The position numbers and the translations under genes are program-made. The notes beneath the pieces were generated by a model, which saw only the letters and a list, made by a program, of their open reading frames with translations, was not told the DNA's origin and made no database searches. This document shows positions 37,751-45,433 of a DNA stretch of 64,000 nt, one piece after another. Origin of the DNA: an uncultured Dictyoglomota bacterium (lineage in GTDB: Bacteria > Dictyoglomota > Dictyoglomia > Dictyoglomales > Dictyoglomaceae). The stretch spans positions 8,348 to 72,347 of the forward strand of contig CAZZIO010000018.1 of the NCBI GenBank assembly GCA_964654465.1, given 5' to 3'. Each line of letters starts with the position of its first letter. Position 1 is the first letter of the stretch.

Positions 37751-39062
37751 CTTTTTCTTCCCTCCGTTTTAAGACAACCGAAGAGGATCTTCTGGATAAT
37801 TCTTCCATCTCTTTTGCCATTTTCCATAACTTTTCCTTAAGAAGAAATATACAATCATAGATTTGAGCATCTCCTCTCACTATATCTTCTGCTAAAGCAG
37901 CGCAAGTAGGAGATCCACATGAACCACAATCAAGTCCAGGAAGCATTTCCATTATTTTTCTCATATCCTCCATCTTTCTTAAAGCCCTATTTATATCTTC
38001 ATCTAATTTCCAAATAGGTCTTGGTAAAATAGGAGAAGTTCTTAATACTTCTGATAGATTTATATCCTCACAAAGAGATTTTTTTATAAAATCTTTATCA
38101 AGTTTTTTGTATAAGGCTAAAATTCTTTTCTTGGCAAGATAATAGTTCTCAGGATTTAATACCCCTCCAACACAACCTTCCTCACAAGCCCTAAGCTCCA
38201 AAAACTTCACATCCTGAAGTTTATTTCTTTCTAAATCTTCAAGAACTCTGGCTACCTTTTCTATACCTCCCACACTTATTACTTCTTCTTCGTTGAATAC
38301 CATTCCCTCTCCCCCAAGAGCTCCTGATAAAATTCCCTTTGCATAAAACCCACCATCTATTGCTTCTACCTCTCTATTGTCATCTTTAAGTTCCTTTTTT
38401 ATTTTTAAGTAAATATTATCAATGCCTATAACAAATTCAAAACCTTCTTCCTTATTTTGTTTTAAATATGTAGCAAAGGCAGGACAAGGAGTAATATAAG
38501 CAAGATGAAGTATTCCTCTTTCTTCCTTCTTCCATAACTTTTTTATTATACTCCCCGCTATCTCAACAGGTGTTTTAAAGGGTGATAAGTTAGAAATCAA
38601 AGTAGGAAAACGTACTTGTATTAACTCTACAACAGCAGGACAGTAAGTGGATATAAGTGGAAGATTGCGAGAACTATTAATATAGTCCATAAGAGCTTCT
38701 TGTAAAAGGAATAAACCACAGGTAGTATCCCAAACTTCTACCGCATTAGTTACCTTTTTAATTGCTCTTTGAATCTCAAAAGGAGAATAATTAGTTGTAA
38801 ATTGGGAATATATCTCGGGAGATATTACTACAACTAAATTATCTAAATAAGATATACTATCATAGGTGTGAGTAAATCCAAAAGGTGCATGATATGGGCA
38901 AACTCTAATGCATTCCCCACAATCGATACATCTATATGGAAGAATGAGGGATTTTCCATTACGAACCCTCATAGCTTCAGTAGGGCAATGCCTTATACAA
39001 TGAATACACCCCTTACACCTCTGCAAATTAATAGCCACTGAATGAATATATTTCTCACTCAT
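37737..39062 (-). CDS. HydA-like [FeFe]-hydrogenase-domain protein, probable sensor (2x[4Fe-4S] + H-domain-like + C-terminal Fe-S domain)
   Basis: CKGCIHCIRHCP and CIDCGECIRVCP. Altered H-cluster motifs STYCPAV, TPCPAF and ELRACEEGCVGG. C-terminal LDCGSCGSPTCAALAEDI. Confidence 0.8.
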   Translation of the reverse strand: MSEKYIHSVAINLQRCKGCIHCIRHCPTEAMRVRNGKSLILPYRCIDCGECIRVCPYHAPFGFTHTYDSISYLDNLVVVISPEIYSQFTTNYSPFEIQRAIKKVTNAVEVWDTTCGLFLLQEALMDYINSSRNLPLISTYCPAVVELIQVRFPTLISNLSPFKTPVEIAGSIIKKLWKKEERGILHLAYITPCPAFATYLKQNKEEGFEFVIGIDNIYLKIKKELKDDNREVEAIDGGFYAKGILSGALGGEGMVFNEEEVISVGGIEKVARVLEDLERNKLQDVKFLELRACEEGCVGGVLNPENYYLAKKRILALYKKLDKDFIKKSLCEDINLSEVLRTSPILPRPIWKLDEDINRALRKMEDMRKIMEMLPGLDCGSCGSPTCAALAEDIVRGDAQIYDCIFLLKEKLWKMAKEMEELSRRSSSVVLKRREEKDETE

Positions 39063-39931
39063 TGTCTTTCCCTCTTTAAATATATTTTCGAGTACACCTT
39101 TGTACCCTTTCCCACTTCGGACTCAATCTTTAATTCATCTGATGAATTCTTAATATTTGGAAGTCCCATACCTGCCCCAAATCCCATTTCCCTAATATTA
39201 TCTGGTGCTGTTGAATAACCTGGTTGCATAGCAAGCTCTATATCAGGAATTCCTGGACCTTCATCCTCAGCAATTATTTCAATATACTCTGGTGTAACTT
39301 TTACTCTTAAAACTCCCCTGTAGGCGTGAATAACTATGTTCATCTCAGCCTCATAAGTGACGACCGCAACCCTTCTAAGTATATCTACACTTATTCCAAG
39401 TTGTTGCAAAGCTTTTTTTATATTACTGGACGCCATACCAGCAAGAGCAAAATCTCCCCCTAACACAGGAAACTCCAAAGTTAATATATTTTCCTCTTTG
39501 GGCTCCTGAGTAATAGTTCCTTCTATATCTTCCACATCTACCAAATTCAAAACTACATCCTTAGTACTTAACATTCCTAAAACCTTTTTTTCATTATCTA
39601 TTACAGGAAATCTTCCATACCTAAATTGTCGGAATCTAATCAAAGCTTCATACAAAGTATTATCTGGAGACAAACATTTTGGATCTCTTACCATATACTT
39701 TCCACACGGTGAGTTTAAATCGCCATTAACAAGTGCCACAATTACATTCTCTACAGTGACTAAACCTACAAGCCTATCTATATCATCTACAATAGGAATT
39801 GCATCAATTCTTTTGATTCTCATAATTTCTTGAATTGAACGCATATCTTGGTAAGGTTTTAACCTTACTATATCTGTGTTCATTATATCTTTTACTTTTA
39901 TTTTTTCTAAATATTCCTTAGGTATCTTCAA
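39059..39931 (-). CDS. CBS-pair plus GHKL (SpoIIAB/RsbW-like) ATP-binding protein
   Basis: Two CBS repeats (DIMNTDIVRL..., YMVRDPKCL...) followed by EDEGPGIP and GFGAGMGLPN ATP-lid motifs. Confidence 0.75.
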   Translation of the reverse strand: MKIPKEYLEKIKVKDIMNTDIVRLKPYQDMRSIQEIMRIKRIDAIPIVDDIDRLVGLVTVENVIVALVNGDLNSPCGKYMVRDPKCLSPDNTLYEALIRFRQFRYGRFPVIDNEKKVLGMLSTKDVVLNLVDVEDIEGTITQEPKEENILTLEFPVLGGDFALAGMASSNIKKALQQLGISVDILRRVAVVTYEAEMNIVIHAYRGVLRVKVTPEYIEIIAEDEGPGIPDIELAMQPGYSTAPDNIREMGFGAGMGLPNIKNSSDELKIESEVGKGTKVYSKIYLKRERQ

Positions 39932-40287
39932 ATATCAAAATCAACCTTCTTTCCTTGAAACCCAGCTACATATAATTTTCCACATGCCTCATACATAGGG
40001 TATTTTGTTGTAAGAAGAGGAATACCAGATTTCTTTGCTACTTCTATTACATCTTGATAGGGTATTTTACCTCTAACAAACACGACTCCAGCCAAATCTA
40101 AAATCTCAGCAGTTCTTATAACCTGTAACGTAACAAGACCTGTAAGGAGAAGCGAATTTGCCTCTAAGAGACAAAGAGCATCACTCATTAAATCTGTTGC
40201 ACCTACATACAAAACCTCATTTTCAAGTTTCTCTTCTAAACATAGAACTTCAGCTTTTAATATTTCTTTTACCTTCTTAAGATTCAT
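39928..40287 (-). CDS. DRTGG domain protein
   Basis: 119 aa with the pattern DLMSDALCLL...LLLTGLVTLQVIRTAEILD...VRGK. First gene of the operon. Confidence 0.7.
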   Translation of the reverse strand: MNLKKVKEILKAEVLCLEEKLENEVLYVGATDLMSDALCLLEANSLLLTGLVTLQVIRTAEILDLAGVVFVRGKIPYQDVIEVAKKSGIPLLTTKYPMYEACGKLYVAGFQGKKVDFDI

Positions 40288-40318
40288 TTCTCTCTCCTCA
40301 AAATATTTTCAGGTTTAA

Positions 40319-40347
40319 TTTAAACACATTTTTAATATCATTGTCAA
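40319..40347 (-). promoter_or_regulatory. candidate promoter of the ten-gene hyd-type operon
   Basis: Minus strand TTGACA, a 17-nt spacer, then TTTAAA. The -35 element overlaps the -35 of the divergent plus-strand promoter. Confidence 0.4.
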
Positions 40348-40369
40348 CAAAGATAAAATATGATATAAT
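40341..40369 (+). promoter_or_regulatory. candidate promoter for the patatin gene
   Basis: TTGTCA, a 17-nt spacer, then TATAAT preceded by TG (extended -10). Confidence 0.5.
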
Positions 40370-40525
40370 CTTAAATTTTTTTTAATCATACCTATAGGGG
40401 TAAACTAATTTGTTAAAATTTTCTCAATTCATTTAGGTTTTTAAAGATAATAATTATTGATATACAGTAGTAAGGTATATAAAACTAGTGATATATATTC
40501 AGTTGCAATGTTATATAATATAAAC

Positions 40526-41452
40526 ATGAAAAAGAAGAAGATAGGACTTGCATTAGGTAGCGGAGGAGCAAAAGGTCTTTCCCACATTGGAGTATTAAAA
40601 GTACTGGAGAGGGAAGGAATAGAAGTCTCTTATATAAGTGGGAGTAGTGCAGGAGCTTTAATAGGTGGATTATATGCAAAAGGATATTCTGCAAAAGATT
40701 TAGAGAAACTAGCCTTAGAAATAGGAAAAAATAAAGAAGAATTTTATAAACTTTTTGATTTTTCAAAATCTCTCCAAGGAATTATAAAAGGTGAAAAAAT
40801 ATTAGAGTATTTAGATAATATATTAGAAGGCACATTATTTTCGAACCTAAAAATACCATTTATATCTTTAGCAGTAGATCTTATTACTGGAGAAAAAGTA
40901 ATTATAAATGAGGGAAAAGTATCAGAAGCTATTAGAGCAAGTATATCCATTCCTGTGATATTTCAACCTTATCCTTGGAAAGATAAACTCCTAATAGATG
41001 GGGGTGTACTTTCCCCTGTTCCAGTTAAAGAATTGAGAGAGATATATAAACCAGATATCATCATAGGAGTTAGTTTGCATAAGAGAACAAATTGGAAACC
41101 TAAAAAAGAAATTCAGATAGATATCCCCTATCAACCCAGCAATATAACAGAAAAAATCACATATAAAATGTCTCAGATAAAGCTCCTTAAGGAATTTCAA
41201 CAGAGGTTAAATCCATTATTAAACCCATCCTTATTTGAGGTCCTTATGCAGACCATAGATATTATGAATTATGAATTAGAAAATCAGAATCTCAAAAATG
41301 CAGATTTAGTTATCATCCCTGAGGTACAAAATTTTGGAACTTTTGATTTTGATAAAGCTTCCGATATTATAGTCTTAGGTGAAAAAGCCATGGAAGAAAA
41401 GCTTGATTCCTTAATAAAGCTTATAAAAAAGAAAAAATTTATATTCTTCTAA
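40526..41452 (+). CDS. patatin-like phospholipase
   Basis: GSGGAKG oxyanion motif, GSSAG nucleophile elbow and catalytic Asp in IDGGV. The start is set at MKKKKIGLALG; the track start at 40457 adds an unlikely 23 aa. Confidence 0.85.
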   Translation: MKKKKIGLALGSGGAKGLSHIGVLKVLEREGIEVSYISGSSAGALIGGLYAKGYSAKDLEKLALEIGKNKEEFYKLFDFSKSLQGIIKGEKILEYLDNILEGTLFSNLKIPFISLAVDLITGEKVIINEGKVSEAIRASISIPVIFQPYPWKDKLLIDGGVLSPVPVKELREIYKPDIIIGVSLHKRTNWKPKKEIQIDIPYQPSNITEKITYKMSQIKLLKEFQQRLNPLLNPSLFEVLMQTIDIMNYELENQNLKNADLVIIPEVQNFGTFDFDKASDIIVLGEKAMEEKLDSLIKLIKKKKFIFF

Positions 41453-41955
41453 TAAACCTGTATTATTTCATCTAACGGGAGTCTTGGTTTTTTTGGGGGA
41501 TCTTCAGCTGGATACCCTAAGGTCATAAGTTGTATTACCTCTGCTTCCTTAGGAAGATTTAATACTTCTTTAACTTTATCTTGATAAAAAGATCCTATCC
41601 AACAAGTTCCAAGTCCTTCTTCTACTGCTTGAAGATGTATATGAGTTAAAGCTATAGCAACATCTATATAATGAGCAGGTATTCCACACCTCATTACATA
41701 ATCCTTATCTAAAACATAAGCCACTATAATTATGGAAGCCTTTAACATAAAAGGCTGATGAGGAGAAGCTTCTTTAACCAATCTTTCCTTCAAATTTTTA
41801 TCTCTCACAATAATAAATCTCCATTCCTGCCTATTTCTTGCTGAAGGAGCATGTCTTGCCGCCTCCATTATTCTTAGAAGTTTTTCCTCCTCTATATCCT
41901 TATCTAAATAATCTCTTATACTTCTTCTCTTATTTATAGCCTCAAAAACATCCAT
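41449..41955 (-). CDS. nitroreductase family protein
   Basis: 168 aa. Typical N-terminus AINKRRSIRDY and the ARHAPSARNRQEW segment. Confidence 0.85.
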   Translation of the reverse strand: MDVFEAINKRRSIRDYLDKDIEEEKLLRIMEAARHAPSARNRQEWRFIIVRDKNLKERLVKEASPHQPFMLKASIIIVAYVLDKDYVMRCGIPAHYIDVAIALTHIHLQAVEEGLGTCWIGSFYQDKVKEVLNLPKEAEVIQLMTLGYPAEDPPKKPRLPLDEIIQVY

Positions 41956-42882
41956 TTATTTCACCCCCATAAGTTTCCATCTTTCTCCCATCATCCTCAA
42001 TCTTTTTATTCTTTCTTCTATAGGCGGATGAGTACTAAAAAGATTATTTATATTATATTTTTTGAGGGGATCAGCAATATATAAAGGAGCAGTGATATTA
42101 TTCGCTCTCCTTACAGGATTTGGATCCTTAGCTATCTTTTCCAGTGCAGAGGCAAGACCTTCAGGATATCTTGTAAGCATAGCTGCAGTAGCATCTGCCA
42201 TATACTCTCTCTGTCTTGACAAGGCAAATCTTAAAATTGTTGCTACTAAGGGAGCCACTAAGGCAACAATCAAAGATATAATACCTAAAAAGTCTTGGTC
42301 TTTAGTTTTTCTTTTTCCTGAAAAGAAAGATCCATAATAAAATGATCTTTTTAAACTATCTCCAAGAATTACAATTAAACCTACCAATACAACCGCTATA
42401 GTTTGAAGTCTTACATCATAATTTTTTATATGTGATATCTCATGAGCAACTACTCCCTCAAGCTCCAATCTATTCATCTTCTCTAAAAGGCCAGTAGTTA
42501 CAGCAATTGCACTATTTTTTGGGTCTTTTCCTGCAGCGAAAGCATTGGGTGATGGATCATTTATTACATAAATTTTAGGTGTAGGAATACCTGCAGCTAT
42601 GCTCAAACCTTCCACAATATTTATAAGATAAGGATATTCATCCTTTTTTGGCTCATATGCATCACTTATAGATAGAATTAATTTATCACTATTTTTATAC
42701 GCATAGTAGTTTACTGTTAAAGTAATTAACAAAGCTATGAATATAGCTATTTCTCCTAAATTGAAAAAATAGATTATAGAATAACATACAAAGAAAAGAA
42801 GAATAGATATAAGAAATAATATTAACCATGTTTTTCTCTTATTTTGTTCTATAGCTTCATAAAAAGTATAAGTATTCTTCAT
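41956..42882 (-). CDS. htpX: M48 family zinc metalloprotease HtpX
   Basis: Two N-terminal TM helices, HEISHIKN (HExxH) motif, and a distal Glu region. Confidence 0.85.
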   Translation of the reverse strand: MKNTYTFYEAIEQNKRKTWLILFLISILLFFVCYSIIYFFNLGEIAIFIALLITLTVNYYAYKNSDKLILSISDAYEPKKDEYPYLINIVEGLSIAAGIPTPKIYVINDPSPNAFAAGKDPKNSAIAVTTGLLEKMNRLELEGVVAHEISHIKNYDVRLQTIAVVLVGLIVILGDSLKRSFYYGSFFSGKRKTKDQDFLGIISLIVALVAPLVATILRFALSRQREYMADATAAMLTRYPEGLASALEKIAKDPNPVRRANNITAPLYIADPLKKYNINNLFSTHPPIEERIKRLRMMGERWKLMGVK

Positions 42883-42885
42883 AAA

Positions 42886-43437
42886 TTAAAAGCTAACTTT
42901 AACAGCTTTTCTTTCCTCTGGATTTTCCACTTCAAAATATTCTTTAGGCTTAAATCCAAAAATATTTGCGATTACAGAATTTGGAAAAACCTGCAAAGAT
43001 TGATTATAAATCATAACAATGTCATTATAAAATTGTCTTGCATAAGCAATTTTTTCTTCAATTCCACTCAATTCTTCCTGCAACATAAGAAAATTTTGAT
43101 TTGCCTTTAAATCTGGATAATTCTCAACTATGGCAAAAAGGGTTTTTAAAGTAGAAGTAAGTCCTTGATCTGCTTGAGCTATTTCTCCTGGGGTCTTCGC
43201 ACTCATCATTTGCGCTCTATAAAGAGCAATTTTATCAAATATTTCTTTTTCATGAGATGCATAACCTTTAACCACTTCTACTAAGTTTGGAATTAGGTCA
43301 TATCTTCTCTTTAGTTGTACATCAATTTGAGCCCATGCATTCTCCACCCTATTTCTCAAAACTACTAATCGGTTATATATGACTATAACAAACAGAGCCA
43401 AAAATATTAATATACCTAAGATGATTAAACCTAACAT
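42886..43437 (-). CDS. lemA: LemA family protein
   Basis: Single N-terminal TM helix plus the conserved LemA helical domain (RYDLIPNLVEVVKGYASHE). The start is set at the ATG at 43437 with a GGGGAGG RBS. Confidence 0.85.
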   Translation of the reverse strand: MLGLIILGILIFLALFVIVIYNRLVVLRNRVENAWAQIDVQLKRRYDLIPNLVEVVKGYASHEKEIFDKIALYRAQMMSAKTPGEIAQADQGLTSTLKTLFAIVENYPDLKANQNFLMLQEELSGIEEKIAYARQFYNDIVMIYNQSLQVFPNSVIANIFGFKPKEYFEVENPEERKAVKVSF

Positions 43438-43475
43438 TTTAAAAACCTCCCCTAAAAAAAATTTAAAAATCAAAA

Positions 43476-44717
43476 CTAATTCCAACTTTGAAGATAGCGA
43501 ATCTGCTCTTCTGTAAGAGTATCAATTTCTATATTTAGGCTTTTGAGCTTTAATTCTGCAACTTCTTCCTCTATTTCTCGAGGAACTTGAAGCACTCTCT
43601 TAGGTAAATTTCTTCCATGCTCAAGCAACCATTTCATCACCAAAAACTGAACTCCAAAAGAAAGATCCATTATTTCGACAGGGTGACCATCACCCCCTGC
43701 TAAATTCAAAAGCCTTCCTTCTGCTATAACATAAAGCCTCTTATTATTAGGAAGGACATATTCATGTATATTTTCTCTTACCTCTTTTTTATTAATTGCT
43801 AATTCTTCTAAAGATTTCATATCTATCTCCACATTAAAATGTCCTGCATTAGCCAATATGGCTCCATCTTTCATATTCAAAAAGTGCTCCTTAGTTATCA
43901 CCTTACAATTCCCCGTTGCTGTTATAAACACATCTCCTAACTTTACAGCCTTTGAAATTGGCATAACTTCAAAACCTTCCATATATGCTTCTAATGCCTT
44001 AATAGGATCAACTTCAGTTATAATAACTCTTCCTTTTAATCCTTGGATTTTATGAGCTATACCCTTTCCAACCCATCCATATCCTGATATTACGAAAATT
44101 TTTCCTGCAACTAACAAATTGGTGTTTCTCATAAAGGAAGACAAAGCAGATTCACCAGTACCAAACCTATTATCAAATAAAAATTTTGTCCTTGCATCAT
44201 TTACTGCTACTATTGGAAAAAATAATCCCTTTTCTTTTTCAAGGGCCTTTGCTCTTATAACACCTGTCGTAGTTTCTTCTCCCACACCTAATATTTTACT
44301 TTTTAAACGTGAAAATTCCTTATACAAAAGGGTTGTAAGATCAAAGCCATCATCAATTAAAAGATCAGGTTCTTTATTTAACACTTCCCTCAGATTATTT
44401 ATATAATCTTCTTCTGTTTCTCCTCTCCAAGCAAAAACTTCTACTCCTTCTTTTACCAGATAAGCTACCACATCATCTTGAGTAGATAAAGGATTACTTC
44501 CAGCACATACTACCTTTGCTCCACAATTTTTAAAAGAAAGAGCAAGTCGTGCAGTTTTTGCCTCTAAATGAATACACATCCCGATAGTAGTATTTTTAAA
44601 AATTTGAGTAGAAGAATAGTTTTTTTCAAGAAGATTTACTACAGGCATAAACTGTTTTGCCCAATAAACCTTTCTTTCTCCATTTTTCCATTGATTAATA
44701 TCCCTAATTTTGCTCAT
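43476..44717 (-). CDS. ahcY: adenosylhomocysteinase
   Basis: 413 aa. NAD-binding GYGWVGKG and the typical AhcY N-terminus and C-terminus. Confidence 0.92.
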   Translation of the reverse strand: MSKIRDINQWKNGERKVYWAKQFMPVVNLLEKNYSSTQIFKNTTIGMCIHLEAKTARLALSFKNCGAKVVCAGSNPLSTQDDVVAYLVKEGVEVFAWRGETEEDYINNLREVLNKEPDLLIDDGFDLTTLLYKEFSRLKSKILGVGEETTTGVIRAKALEKEKGLFFPIVAVNDARTKFLFDNRFGTGESALSSFMRNTNLLVAGKIFVISGYGWVGKGIAHKIQGLKGRVIITEVDPIKALEAYMEGFEVMPISKAVKLGDVFITATGNCKVITKEHFLNMKDGAILANAGHFNVEIDMKSLEELAINKKEVRENIHEYVLPNNKRLYVIAEGRLLNLAGGDGHPVEIMDLSFGVQFLVMKWLLEHGRNLPKRVLQVPREIEEEVAELKLKSLNIEIDTLTEEQIRYLQSWN

Positions 44718-44720
44718 AAT

Positions 44721-45320
44721 TTATCTCTTTTTCGTGTTTTGCATAGCCATAAATTCTACCTCACCTTTCAATATTTGCAAAAAGAGATTGTTTCCCACAT
44801 TTTTATTCTCTTTCATATACTTTTCTATTCTTTCTCTCTCAAATGATATCACCTTCAAAAAATCATCAACGGTAAATATGGGAAGACCAAATTCATTTTC
44901 TCTCTTCTCTAATTTCGCTAATTCCTCTTGTAAAATACTCTTTAGCTTTGTCCCGCGGGAAGATTTAGGGTAAAGATTAGGAAGATATAAATTTTTTTTA
45001 CGGGTTTGATATTCCTTCTCAAGTAAACTCAAAACCTCTAAAAACTCTTCATCAGTAAAAGAAGGAAATTCTAATAAAAATTTATACACCAACTCTTCTA
45101 AGAATAAAAATAAATCCCATTGGAGTCTTGTAAAATTAGCAGGTTTTTCTTCAACCCTCTCTATAGTGTGTATTTGAGCTTCCTTTAAATAGATACAATC
45201 TTGAGTACAATTTATCTCCTTTATACGCTTTGTGCCACAGCACTCAGTACATATAAAGGCGCTAAGAGCTGGACATTTTCTTTTACCTTTTCTTTTCCCA
45301 CATATAACACATACACTCAT
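44721..45320 (-). CDS. hypothetical protein with N-terminal 8-Cys cluster
   Basis: The first 43 aa contain CVIC...CPALSAFICTECC...CTQDC. The rest is helical and K/E-rich. No family recognised. Confidence 0.5.
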   Translation of the reverse strand: MSVCVICGKRKGKRKCPALSAFICTECCGTKRIKEINCTQDCIYLKEAQIHTIERVEEKPANFTRLQWDLFLFLEELVYKFLLEFPSFTDEEFLEVLSLLEKEYQTRKKNLYLPNLYPKSSRGTKLKSILQEELAKLEKRENEFGLPIFTVDDFLKVISFERERIEKYMKENKNVGNNLFLQILKGEVEFMAMQNTKKR

Positions 45321-45358
45321 GAGATAAATTATAGCATGAAGATTTTAAAATAACATTA

Positions 45359-45388
45359 ATTGAATCCCATCAACTATGAATATATAAT
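45359..45388 (+). promoter_or_regulatory. candidate promoter for phoU
   Basis: TTGAAT, an 18-nt spacer, then TATAAT. Confidence 0.5.
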
Positions 45389-45433
45389 TACTCTATCAAA
45401 AACCAATAAATTTTTTAAAAGAGGAAATTCAAT

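Noticed and set aside
40485-41200. Three minus-strand ORFs (40485-40766, 40744-40950, 40991-41200) antisense to the patatin gene. The same applies to internal or antisense track ORFs in other genes (for example 2777-3040, 11057-11287, 13082-13306, 16378-16590, 18931-19182, 19875-20099, 20792-21521, 30068-31220, 32171-32929, 42062-43110, 43858-44973, 49178-50503, 53946-54186, 55279-55599, 57334-57579, 58963-60156, 61653-61967).
   Set aside because: All lie inside confidently assigned genes on the other strand or in another frame. They lack RBS and have biased, low-complexity translations.
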